DNA from: a virus
Lineage: Duplodnaviria; Caudoviricetes
Direction: 5' to 3' (one strand)
IMG/VR virus record: IMGVR_UViG_3300017821_000056
Span: 1 to 64,000 of that record
Length of the DNA stretch: 64,000 nt
The translations under genes were made by a program, and so were the position numbers. Shown piece after piece: positions 26,957-35,150 of the stretch (position 1 is its first letter; the number at the start of each line of letters is the position of its first letter). The notes below the pieces were generated by a model. The model was not told the origin of the DNA. It searched no databases and was given only the letters and a program-made list of their open reading frames with translations.

Positions 26957-27493
26957 GTGGCAAGAACCCGGAGCCCGGCCGTGGCCAAGCGGAACGAGAC
27001 GATCTACTCGCAGTGGCGGCGCGGCGCGTCCCTGACCGCCCTCGGCGCCGAGCACGGGATCTCCCGGCAGGTCGTGGCCCGCATCGTCGCCAGCTTCCAC
27101 CCGGAGCTCGAGGACTCCGAGGACCGCGCCCTGTACCGGGGCGTGCTGTGGCGGCTGTTCGACGAGGTGGAGGCGATCGCCCAGGCGCCGGGCTACAAGA
27201 TGAGCCCGAACGGCGCGGCGGCAAAACTCCCGGACGGCAGCCCGGCGACCGATACCGGCGTAGCCCTCCAGGCCCGGGAATTGCAGGCGAAAATCGTCAC
27301 GGAGATGCGGAAGATGGACGGGGTGGACCGGCCCAGCCAGAAGCAGGTGCACGTCGAGTACAGCATTGCCGAGCAGGCGGCCCAGGCTGACATCGCCCGC
27401 CGTGAGGCCGAGCTCAACCGGAAGCTGAAGCTCATCCAGGGCCACGCTGAGCCGGCAGAACGCCCGGAACTGCCGCCTGCGGCTGAGGGCTAG
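26957..27493 (+). CDS. probable terminase small subunit
   Basis: HTH (WRRGASLTALGAEHGISRQVV), RKMDGVDRP...VHVE tail; RBS GGAGG. Confidence 0.65.
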   Translation: MARTRSPAVAKRNETIYSQWRRGASLTALGAEHGISRQVVARIVASFHPELEDSEDRALYRGVLWRLFDEVEAIAQAPGYKMSPNGAAAKLPDGSPATDTGVALQARELQAKIVTEMRKMDGVDRPSQKQVHVEYSIAEQAAQADIARREAELNRKLKLIQGHAEPAERPELPPAAEG

Positions 27494-27882
27494 CTGAACT
27501 CGTAATCGACGGCGCTCTGCGTCCCCATCCTACCGATCATCTTCGCTGCCGTCCGCACGCTGATGACGCATCCGTACTCATCGGCCACCCACGGCTTGCT
27601 GTAGTCCCGCAGCGTCCCCCACGGCCGGCCGAGAGCCTTGAGGTAGGCGACCAGCCCGGCGGTACCGGCCCAGCCTTCGGCGCCGTTGCTGTAGCGGTAC
27701 CGGCTCGCGTCGGTCGTCCACAGCGCCCCGGCCGCCTTGCCGATATGCACCGACTCGGGGAAGTCGGTGCAGTGCAGGTAGTAGTTGGTGCTCACGGTCG
27801 CATCCTCCCACGGCGGTTCGCACGTCCCGCTCAGGTAGTCCAGGCTGCGCCGCACCCACTCGTCCAGTTCCACGGGGCTCAC
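27490..27882 (-). CDS. hypothetical protein
   Basis: Directly follows the DUF3631-like gene. Confidence 0.55.
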   Translation of the reverse strand: MSPVELDEWVRRSLDYLSGTCEPPWEDATVSTNYYLHCTDFPESVHIGKAAGALWTTDASRYRYSNGAEGWAGTAGLVAYLKALGRPWGTLRDYSKPWVADEYGCVISVRTAAKMIGRMGTQSAVDYEFS

Positions 27883-27884
27883 CG

Positions 27885-28808
27885 TTACGCCCCGATCTCC
27901 GCGGCGAGAGCGGCGAGCTCACCGGCCGGGCTGATCTCCCCGGCTGCGGGCATGGCCAGGGCAAGCTCCAGGCAGGCAGCCCTAGCCCGGTCAGGCCAGA
28001 AACCGCCCGCAGCGTCGGCGCAGGCCAGCAGCGGGGCCCATATCTCCTCGTCGCGCCCCTCGATCCCCTCGGGTACTTCAGGCTCGGCATCTTCCAGCGC
28101 GGCCCGCTCCTGCGCTGCCCACATCTCGAGGAACACCTTGAGCCGTGCTGCCTGGTCCCCGGTCTTGCGGCTGACCTTGGCCGGCATCATGCCCGCTGCC
28201 TTGCGCATCCTGACCTTGACGCCGCGTTCGAGCAGGGCCTTGAGGGTGTCCCCGGTCTGGGTCTCCAGCACGTCCAGGCCGGCGAGGGCCATCGCGCCGA
28301 AGACGGGAATGCGGGTGGCCTTGCTGCCGGAGACGTACAGGTAGCTGCCGTGACGCTGGTAGCCGGCGTTGACGATGGCGCGGACGGCCTCACGGCGACG
28401 CCCGGAGCCGAACAGGACGTCTGACTCGTCGATGAAGACGGTGGCCCGCTCGGTGCCGATCGTCTTGACCAGGCCGGGCGCGGTCGGCTCGATCGTCAGG
28501 CCGAACGCTGCCGGGCAGACGAGGTTGAGCAGTTCCAGCACCTTGCTCTTACCCGAGCCGGGCTCGGAGCTGAGCAGGTACAGGCGGGGCGTGGCCCGGA
28601 ACACGAGCACGCCGTCCTCATCACGGCACCAGGAGTGCGCCACCCAGAGCGTCACGGCGTCCAGGGCGGCAGGCGACGGGAACACGGCGTAGCAGGCCAG
28701 CCAGTCCCGCAGCGTGTCCAGGAGCTGGTCTCCGGGGACGTGCGGCTGGCCGGGCCGGGTGACGACGACGCCCTCTTTGACTGCTACTTCGGCGGCCGGC
28801 GCGGTCAC
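27885..28808 (-). CDS. DUF3631-like P-loop protein (replication-associated in actinomycete elements)
   Basis: AVTLWVAHSW, TPRLYLLSSEPGSGKS, TVFIDESD; GTG overlaps stop of 28805-29035; ORF is open back to 29480. Confidence 0.75.
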   Translation of the reverse strand: MTAPAAEVAVKEGVVVTRPGQPHVPGDQLLDTLRDWLACYAVFPSPAALDAVTLWVAHSWCRDEDGVLVFRATPRLYLLSSEPGSGKSKVLELLNLVCPAAFGLTIEPTAPGLVKTIGTERATVFIDESDVLFGSGRRREAVRAIVNAGYQRHGSYLYVSGSKATRIPVFGAMALAGLDVLETQTGDTLKALLERGVKVRMRKAAGMMPAKVSRKTGDQAARLKVFLEMWAAQERAALEDAEPEVPEGIEGRDEEIWAPLLACADAAGGFWPDRARAACLELALAMPAAGEISPAGELAALAAEIGA

Positions 28809-29480
28809 TCGCTGCCGGTGAACATATCCATCTGGCCGGACACCTGCGGGGCGTGCTTCGGTGCTGTCTTCGGCAGCGACGGGGCAATATCCGCCACGCT
28901 GAACAAGCCCTCGGCTTCCGGCTTGCGGTGCTTGCGGGGCAGTTTGTCCCGGTCGAAGTGCCCCGGCCTCATCTCGAGCCAGTTCCGGCCGTTCCCGTCG
29001 GCGTGTCCCGTTATCACGGTGAATGTGCTGCTCATCGGTGCTTGCCTCCTCGATCGGGTCACGGTCCCGCCACTGCTCCCGCTGGATCCGGCCGGCCTCG
29101 TGGCGCTGCCGCTTGTACTCGGCCAGGGTGAGGCGGGGCCAGCGCTGGAAGAACGCGAGTAGTTCCTCGGATCCGTACCGCTGCACCATCCACGCCGGCC
29201 CGGTCCACAGCATCCACTCGCTGATCGCCCGCCGCTTGCCTTCGGGATTGAGGAGCCAGCCGCGGCAGTAGTCTTCGGCTTCGGTGCGCTGGGCGTGCAT
29301 GGCGTCGTACCATTCGGCTTTCAGCGCGTCTTCTGCCCGGTCCTGCCGTCCGGCCCGGTCCCGTCTCGCCGCTTCGGCGAGCACCGCGCGCCAGTCGCTC
29401 TCGTCGTCGGCGCTGTTGTAGGCGGCAAGGAGAGACGTGTCGTCCAGTTCCCGGACGTCGCTCTCAAGTACGCTGGTCAT
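27885..29480 (-). CDS. N-terminal phage domain (~145 aa) reading in frame into the DUF3631-like gene
   Basis: AEDYCRGWLLNPEG...LWTGP...YGSEELLAFFQRWPRLTLAEY; RBS GGGAG. Confidence 0.55.
   Translation of the reverse strand: MTSVLESDVRELDDTSLLAAYNSADDESDWRAVLAEAARRDRAGRQDRAEDALKAEWYDAMHAQRTEAEDYCRGWLLNPEGKRRAISEWMLWTGPAWMVQRYGSEELLAFFQRWPRLTLAEYKRQRHEAGRIQREQWRDRDPIEEASTDEQHIHRDNGTRRRERPELARDEAGALRPGQTAPQAPQAGSRGLVQRGGYCPVAAEDSTEARPAGVRPDGYVHRQRVTAPAAEVAVKEGVVVTRPGQPHVPGDQLLDTLRDWLACYAVFPSPAALDAVTLWVAHSWCRDEDGVLVFRATPRLYLLSSEPGSGKSKVLELLNLVCPAAFGLTIEPTAPGLVKTIGTERATVFIDESDVLFGSGRRREAVRAIVNAGYQRHGSYLYVSGSKATRIPVFGAMALAGLDVLETQTGDTLKALLERGVKVRMRKAAGMMPAKVSRKTGDQAARLKVFLEMWAAQERAALEDAEPEVPEGIEGRDEEIWAPLLACADAAGGFWPDRARAACLELALAMPAAGEISPAGELAALAAEIGA
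28805..29035 (-). CDS. 76-aa protein nested out of frame, ending in QMDMF
   Basis: RBS GAGGAGG; GTGA coupling to the downstream gene. Confidence 0.6.
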   Translation of the reverse strand: MSSTFTVITGHADGNGRNWLEMRPGHFDRDKLPRKHRKPEAEGLFSVADIAPSLPKTAPKHAPQVSGQMDMFTGSE

Positions 29481-29570
29481 GGCTGGCGCTCCCGTGTGAG
29501 TCTCATCGTGCGGTGCTGCTGGTCGCGGGCTTCCGGCCGGCTGTGACCCGTGCCGGGAGCCCGGATACGT

Positions 29571-29852
29571 CTAGGCGCTGGTGTAGGCCCTGGCGATGGC
29601 CAGGTCGGTAACGGTCGTGATCACGTCCAGCGGTGTGGCGTCTGAGAGTTTCACGTCCCAGAGCGTCACGCCGTTACCCGTCATCACGTAGACGGCGGTC
29701 ACGGTGTCATCAGCGGCGACCCTGACCTTTGCGCGGGGGACGGAGAGCGGGCCGGTGCCGCCTATGGGAAGGTCGGCCCAGTCGCCGCCGTCCTCGTCGG
29801 GGATGAAACCGCGTTCCCGCAGTTCCTCTAGCAGTTGCAGCTGGCCGACCAT
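29571..29852 (-). CDS. hypothetical protein
   Basis: RBS GGGAGG; first gene after promoter P1. Confidence 0.65.
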   Translation of the reverse strand: MVGQLQLLEELRERGFIPDEDGGDWADLPIGGTGPLSVPRAKVRVAADDTVTAVYVMTGNGVTLWDVKLSDATPLDVITTVTDLAIARAYTSA

Positions 29853-29870
29853 CGTTTCCTCCCGGTGTTG

Positions 29871-29911
29871 CCGATACCGCTATCATAGCGGATAGGTAGC
29901 GGACATTGCAA
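29871..29911 (-). promoter_or_regulatory. promoter P1 with TCCGCTA operator repeats
   Basis: TTGCAA-18-TATGAT; 33 bp (29871-29903) identical to 32810-32842. Confidence 0.75.
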
Positions 29912-29920
29912 GAGCCTTGG

Positions 29921-29965
29921 CCCGGCACGGCAGCCCGCCCCATCATGGTGCTCTGCCGTGCCGGG
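29921..29965 (-). terminator. stem-loop after methyltransferase gene
   Basis: Perfect 13-bp inverted repeat CCCGGCACGGCAG/CTGCCGTGCCGGG. Confidence 0.55.
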
Positions 29966-29976
29966 GGCCTTCGGGG

Positions 29977-31566
29977 CTAGCTGGCAGCAGCGAGGCGAGA
30001 AGCGGCTTCCGCTGCGGGGATCACGGCCAGGACAGCATTAACGCCGGTCCCTGACTCCTTGAACGCGCCTTCGGGCAGCGGCTCGATCAGGCCGCCGGCC
30101 TCATCGACCAGCTCGCGGAACCCGGCCGTGGCCCGGTCCTCGCGGAACGTCACGCCACCAGCCATGACCGCGATGAGCAGTCCGCCGGGACGCAGGAAGC
30201 CGAGCGCGTGCCGGACATGCGCGATGTCGGCCTTATCCGCAAACGGCGGGTTCATCATCACCCGGTCATAGGCGGCCCGCTGCGGCACGGCCAGGAAGTC
30301 GGCCATTGTCACGGTACGGGCGTAGCCTGCCGTGCAGAGCGCCCCGGCCCGCTTCGGGTTGAGCTCGATGCAGTCGACGGCGCAGCCGAGGCCGGCCACG
30401 GTGCGCGCTATCGCCCCGTCACCCGCCGACGGCTCGAGCACTTCCATTCCCGGCTCGAGGTCGGCCAGGGCGATCATGCCGGCCGCCACATCGGCCGGGG
30501 TCGGGAAGTATCCCTCATCCTGGGGCCTGACCACGCTGCCATCGGCCTGCAGTGCGGCGAGGACAGCCGCGGCGTCCTCGGGGAACAGGTGAGCCTGCGC
30601 CTTGCGGTTCCACTTGCCGCCCGCCGCTGCCAGTACCTCGTTAACCGCGACGTAGGTAGCGCGGTCTAGCCGGTCGCTGATCCTGACGGCGTTACCTTCG
30701 GCGGTGGCGCGGCTGAGGATGTCCATAACGTCCCCGCTGATCGCGGTACTGCGGCGAGGCCGCGCCGGCTGACTTGCGGTGTGCTCGGTCTCGGCAGGCG
30801 CAGGCGGGGCTTCGGGTATCGCGTCCTCGGTCAGGGTCACCCAGCCACACGGAAGGTCACGGCTCTTGATGAGCCACCCGGTACCCGCCCCGGCCCAGCC
30901 GTGATCACTGAGGTAGTTCCCGGCGCCCATGCTGTGATTGTCGCGGTGCTCGGTGAACTCCACGCCGGCGGTCTCGGTGAACTGCGCGGCGGCGGCGTGC
31001 AGCGCCCGGAAGTCCTCGCGGGAACTGAAACGGAAGCCGATGGCCACCGTCCGCCGGGTGTGGCTGGCAAAGTAGTCAGTCATCGGGTCGGATGCGTCCG
31101 CGTGATACTCCGCGATGATGAGGGCCTTAGCGCCGTGCGGTGCCTTGGCGATGACCTGCTTGAGCAGGGCATTCTGCGTGTTTCGCTCTGCTTCGATCGC
31201 GGCTTCACGTTCGGCCATCTGGGCGCGAAGCTCGGCGTCTTCCTCGGCGCTGCGCCGCTTGTCCTCAACCGGCCGCGACTTGCGCGCCTCCGGCAGTGCC
31301 GTCTCGTAGTCCGCGATGACGGCCCGCACGTTCTCCCGGGTGATCTGGTGTCCGTACTTGGCGCGGATAGCCTCATCCAGCGCGGTCACCTCGGCCCGCA
31401 CCTGGCCAAACGGGCTGGTCATGGTCGAGCGGTGCTCCTCGCCGCCGACGACGCCGGTAACTTCGGTGAAGGTCTTGCCCTCCCACTGGAGCGCGCCTAT
31501 CGCCTTCTGCAGGTCTTTGACCTGCCGGGGGCCTGCGCTGACGTTCTGCCACTTCTCGCTAGCCAT
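29977..31566 (-). CDS. multidomain protein with C-terminal N6-adenine DNA methyltransferase
   Basis: YFPTP, VLEPSAGDG, MNPPF, FKESGTGVNA; N-terminal SDPMTDYF domain; RBS GAGGAG. Confidence 0.85.
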   Translation of the reverse strand: MASEKWQNVSAGPRQVKDLQKAIGALQWEGKTFTEVTGVVGGEEHRSTMTSPFGQVRAEVTALDEAIRAKYGHQITRENVRAVIADYETALPEARKSRPVEDKRRSAEEDAELRAQMAEREAAIEAERNTQNALLKQVIAKAPHGAKALIIAEYHADASDPMTDYFASHTRRTVAIGFRFSSREDFRALHAAAAQFTETAGVEFTEHRDNHSMGAGNYLSDHGWAGAGTGWLIKSRDLPCGWVTLTEDAIPEAPPAPAETEHTASQPARPRRSTAISGDVMDILSRATAEGNAVRISDRLDRATYVAVNEVLAAAGGKWNRKAQAHLFPEDAAAVLAALQADGSVVRPQDEGYFPTPADVAAGMIALADLEPGMEVLEPSAGDGAIARTVAGLGCAVDCIELNPKRAGALCTAGYARTVTMADFLAVPQRAAYDRVMMNPPFADKADIAHVRHALGFLRPGGLLIAVMAGGVTFREDRATAGFRELVDEAGGLIEPLPEGAFKESGTGVNAVLAVIPAAEAASRLAAAS

Positions 31567-31604
31567 TGCTCTATCTCCTCGCTGCCGATCTTGGTTCTTG
31601 CCGC

Positions 31605-31647
31605 GCCCGTGGCCCGAATCGAACGGGCCCGCTGCACCATGACGGGC
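31605..31647 (-). ncRNA. tRNA-like minihelix (acceptor + T arm, no anticodon arm)
   Basis: GCCCGT-CATGGTGCAGCG-GGCCCG-TTCGATT-CGGGCC-ACGGGC. Confidence 0.45.
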
Positions 31648-31753
31648 TAACCACCTGCTTAGGGCCTCACCTCCTCCCGTAGGGTCCGGTAGGCCAGGAG
31701 GACCGCTGCGAGCCACCGGGGAGCGAACCCCGACAGCAGGAACACGGCCCGGC

Positions 31754-32113
31754 TCACGATGCGCGCTCCAGGCTGCGTACCGTCCACGACCCGACATGGC
31801 CCTCGCCGTCGAACCGCACCATGACCTCCGGGCCCATGTCGGTAGCGAGCCAGGTAACCCCGTGCTCGTCCGCGGTCACGGTGCCGAGCTGCGAACCCCA
31901 CCACTTGCGGTTATGCGCGATCACCACGCGGCAGCCGGACGGGAAACGCTCCTCGGCGTACTTCGCGCCGTCGAACACCGTCACGCCGGTGATGCCGTCC
32001 TCAGCCATCCAGGCCACCATCTGCGCGGCCTCTTCCGCCGAGTAACCGCCCTGCTCGTAGTCGCGTCCCTCGAAGGTGTAGCGCAGCACCATCGGCCCGC
32101 TCATCGTCTTCAC
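31754..32113 (-). CDS. hypothetical protein
   Basis: GTGA coupling; beta-rich C-terminus. Confidence 0.6.
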   Translation of the reverse strand: MKTMSGPMVLRYTFEGRDYEQGGYSAEEAAQMVAWMAEDGITGVTVFDGAKYAEERFPSGCRVVIAHNRKWWGSQLGTVTADEHGVTWLATDMGPEVMVRFDGEGHVGSWTVRSLERAS

Positions 32114-32451
32114 AGCCCCTCATCCGGGTTGCAGTCGTACCGCACCAGCGACCAGCCGCGGCGGGTCCGCAGCCAGCGGTGTATGTCGCGGCGCATCTCA
32201 GGGTCGGCGTACTGCGCTGCGTGCCATGCGTGCAGCCATGCCCGCTCCCAGGGGCCGTGCTGCGCCCGGCCGGCGTCGCGCAGCACGTCCATGTGATGCA
32301 TGCGGTACACCGCGGAGCACGCCCCCGCCTCCTGGCCCGGTGTCACGGTGACCGCGGCATGGGCGGGCATCACGCCCAGGTTCGCCAGGATCGCCCCGGC
32401 CGTGCAGCCCAGCGTGAACGCCACGGCAACGCGCCGGGTCAGCGTCCGCAC
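32110..32451 (-). CDS. secreted protein
   Basis: Signal peptide ending PAHAA. Confidence 0.55.
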   Translation of the reverse strand: MRTLTRRVAVAFTLGCTAGAILANLGVMPAHAAVTVTPGQEAGACSAVYRMHHMDVLRDAGRAQHGPWERAWLHAWHAAQYADPEMRRDIHRWLRTRRGWSLVRYDCNPDEGL

Positions 32452-32590
32452 CGCGCCGCCTCTTCCCCTTACTGCTGATCTGTGCTTACCCTTGACCCTG
32501 GTCATGGCTTCCAGCTCCCTCAAGCTCGCCTGTCCGTGGCCTCCCGGTCCCGCGAGACTCTGACCTCCCGCGGGACCGTCATGCTTTTCC

Positions 32591-32791
32591 CTACGCGATG
32601 CCGAGCAGCTGCAGCAGCATGCCCCGCATGTTCGCCGTCAGGCCCAGCGAAACCCGGCCCCCGGTAGCGTCAGCCACCATCTGCCGGACATTGCCCGCCT
32701 GGCCTTCGTCGAGCTCGACGTCGGTCACGTCCTGGCCGTCCACGCGGACAGTCCACGTGTTCAGGGTGATGTCCTCGGTCCTGGTCCTCAT
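32591..32791 (-). CDS. hypothetical protein
   Basis: RBS GGAGGT; first gene after promoter P2. Confidence 0.6.
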   Translation of the reverse strand: MRTRTEDITLNTWTVRVDGQDVTDVELDEGQAGNVRQMVADATGGRVSLGLTANMRGMLLQLLGIA

Positions 32792-32809
32792 TGCTGTCAC
32801 CTCCCTTGC

Positions 32810-32850
32810 CCGATACCGCTATCATAGCGGATAGGTAGCGGATGCGTCAA
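32810..32850 (-). promoter_or_regulatory. promoter P2 with TCCGCTA operator repeats
   Basis: TTGACG-18-TATGAT. Confidence 0.75.
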
Positions 32851-33038
32851 CAGGGTACGAGCAGGGACTTCACCCCAAACCAAGCAGAGCCAAGAGCAGG
32901 AATACGACCAGCCAAGAGCAGGAAAGCGACCAGACCAACAGCGCAAGCCAACAGCAGGAATGTTGTGCGCACCCGAACCCTGTAGGTACAGGTCGCGCGG
33001 TCCCTGGTGGGCCTGTAGTCGCGCCGGGAGGTGCAGCG

Positions 33039-33455
33039 TTGGCGGTTGCTAAGCGCCAGGTGATGTTCCGGGCGGCGTGTGACCTGCATGACCGTGCGGC
33101 GGAGCTGGCGAGCAGGCAGGGTGAGGCGCTGAACGAGGTGCTTACCCGGGCGCTGGAGGTGTACGTGGCGGGGGGGCTGCGGAGGGGCGCACCTGATATC
33201 ACCCCTGATATCACCCTGGAGCCTGCTAGCACCCCTGATATCACCCCTGGCCCTGATATCACCCCCGTAGAGGTGCTAGCACCCCCGGACGTGATATCAC
33301 CCCCGGACGCGGCGGCTAGGCCGCGGAGGCAGCGACGGGAGAAGGCCGTCACGGTTCCGGCCGCGTCTCCGTGGGCCGCAGTGCGCCGTGAGGACTGCCC
33401 GCACCGCGGGCTGCGCGGCGCCTACTGCAAACTCTGCCGCGCCACGGTCTGCTGA
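33039..33455 (+). CDS. RHH-like protein with internal PDITP repeats
   Basis: RBS GGAGGT; QVMFR...LHDRAAELASRQGEALNEVLTRALE; C-terminal CPH...CKLC. Confidence 0.6.
   Translation: MAVAKRQVMFRAACDLHDRAAELASRQGEALNEVLTRALEVYVAGGLRRGAPDITPDITLEPASTPDITPGPDITPVEVLAPPDVISPPDAAARPRRQRREKAVTVPAASPWAAVRREDCPHRGLRGAYCKLCRATVC
33192..33302. repeat. array of palindromic octamers
   Basis: TGATATCA x5 and TGCTAGCA x2, each followed by CCC. Confidence 0.85.
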
Positions 33456-33841
33456 CCGGCCGCCTGGCGCGTCTCAGCGGGCCTCACAGCGGACGTGACG
33501 ACGGTCCTCCCCTCTCCTCGCTGCCAATGGTCCCGGCCTGTTACGGTGGCGCAGGATCGCAGCGACAGGGGGAAGAGAGGCGCCCCGCACCGTTACGCTC
33601 GACGCGTGGTTCTCTACATCTGGAATGATCGCAACCGCGCCACAGAGCCGGCGAAGGTGCTTGACCTGCCTGCGGTCCCCCGCGAGGGAGACACGGTGGC
33701 GCTGGAGGACATGGCGCGCGGGCGCGTGACACACGTGCACTGGGATTTCGCTAACGGCATCGTGCACGTGCATGCCAGCTAGCCGGCATGCATTAGCGCC
33801 CCGCCGGCTCTGGGCCGTACGGGGCGCGAGGTTGGTCCGGC

Positions 33842-34207
33842 CTAGGCCGTGAGCCGTTCGATGTGCTGCGGCAGCCAGCCGTCACAGATGCCCCCGGTAG
33901 TCGTCTCGGGGCACTCGCGCGCCACCGTGGCGACCAGCGCGCACACCTGGTACGGGGACATGAACCGCAGCTTCATCGCGTACGTGGCGCGCATCCTGGC
34001 CGTGACGAGCGACTTCCGTACCGCGTAGGCCACGGTGTGAACATCGGCGGGCAGGTCCGACTTGTCAGGCCTCGAGAGCGCGGCGAGGATGAGCTCCGTC
34101 CTCGAGCCGTCGTAGGCGATCCCGTCACGGTCCCGCAGCACGAAACGCTTGGTCCGCGGGCCGATCCCGACCGAACGCGCCACTTGGGCCGCTGTGATCT
34201 GTGGCAT
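33842..34207 (-). CDS. hypothetical protein
   Basis: RBS AAGGAGGAG. Confidence 0.65.
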   Translation of the reverse strand: MPQITAAQVARSVGIGPRTKRFVLRDRDGIAYDGSRTELILAALSRPDKSDLPADVHTVAYAVRKSLVTARMRATYAMKLRFMSPYQVCALVATVARECPETTTGGICDGWLPQHIERLTA

Positions 34208-34234
34208 CGCTCCTCCTTCTTCGCCGCCTAGTCC

Positions 34235-34300
34235 CTCTAGGCGCCTGCCACGGGATCACTGCATGCAGCGTCCCGTGACCAGCGTCTAGCCGGATTCAGT
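34235..34300 (-). repeat. intergenic structured repeat, copy A
   Basis: CTCTAGGCRCCTGCCAC...TGACCAGCGTCTAGCCGG(A)TTCAGT shared with 34500-34561. Confidence 0.75.
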
Positions 34301-34460
34301 AGCCGACGCGGATCTGTACGCGCGGTTCGCGCCACGCGATGACGGCCGCCGTCTCGCGGTGCGCGTCCACGTACCGCACCGCGGCGTCTACGCCATCCGC
34401 GCCCGTCCACGTGACCACGCTGCCATCTGCCAGCTTGAGCTCGTACTGCTGCTGCGCCAT
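34296..34460 (-). CDS. small hypothetical protein
   Basis: RBS AGAGAGG. Confidence 0.6.
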   Translation of the reverse strand: MAQQQYELKLADGSVVTWTGADGVDAAVRYVDAHRETAAVIAWREPRVQIRVGY

Positions 34461-34499
34461 CGCTGGGCCTCTCTTTCCCTCGGTGCGGTTTTCCAGGTC

Positions 34500-34561
34500 C
34501 TCTAGGCACCTGCCACAGTCCCGCCGTAGCGGGACCATGACCAGCGTCTAGCCGGTTCAGT
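34500..34561 (-). repeat. intergenic structured repeat, copy B
   Basis: Same arms as copy A, different inner hairpin. Confidence 0.75.
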
Positions 34562-34724
34562 GGGTCAGGTAGCAGAACACTTCGCCGTCGTCCCAGTCCA
34601 TCGCCGCGTTGCCGTGGACCGGGCAGCCGATCGCGAGGGCGAAGATCTGCGCGTCGGTGAGGCCGTCCTCACGGGCCCGGGCCTCGGTCTGCGCGAACTG
34701 GGCCTCGGTCTGCATCCTGGTCAT
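34557..34724 (-). CDS. 55-aa hypothetical protein (not in ORF track)
   Basis: MTRMQTEAQF...GCPVHG...FCYLTH*; RBS GAGGAG; first gene after promoter P3. Confidence 0.6.
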   Translation of the reverse strand: MTRMQTEAQFAQTEARAREDGLTDAQIFALAIGCPVHGNAAMDWDDGEVFCYLTH

Positions 34725-34742
34725 TGCTGCTCCTCTGTCGTG

Positions 34743-34782
34743 CCGATACCTACATCATAGCGGACACATAGCGGATACGCAA
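34743..34782 (-). promoter_or_regulatory. promoter P3 with TCCGCTA operator repeats
   Basis: TTGCGT-17-TATGAT. Confidence 0.7.
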
Positions 34783-35150
34783 GAGGCAGCCCCATACGTG
34801 CACGCACGCATGCGGCCAGGCCAGGACAGAGCTGGCAAGCAACGAGAAGGCAGGGCACAGCTCGGTACGCGAGCAGACGGCCGCGGGCACAGCTCGACCG
34901 GGCAGGGCACAAGCCAGCACTGGACCATGCCCGACCACGCCAGACAACCCTAGACCACGCTAGAGTGGATGATTCGGTCTAAACCAGGACAAAACGGGAA
35001 AGACCGTCAAGCTCTCTCTCGTGTTTCTCAGCAAAATCGCCCGGGGTGGGCCTGTTCCGTTGTCCCTGGTCAGGGCACTGGGTCCTGAAAATTGGGGTCG
35101 TGCGCGTACGCGAGGCTGTAACACGGCCTTTGGCCTGAGATGATGGCGCG

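Noticed and set aside
31605-31647. Functional tRNA gene
   Set aside because: No anticodon or full D arm; only 43 nt; reported as tRNA-like instead
32860-32975. CCAAGAGCAGGAA / CCAACAGC repeats as an origin
   Set aside because: Could equally be a short hydrophobic minus-strand ORF (FLLLA twice); cannot discriminate
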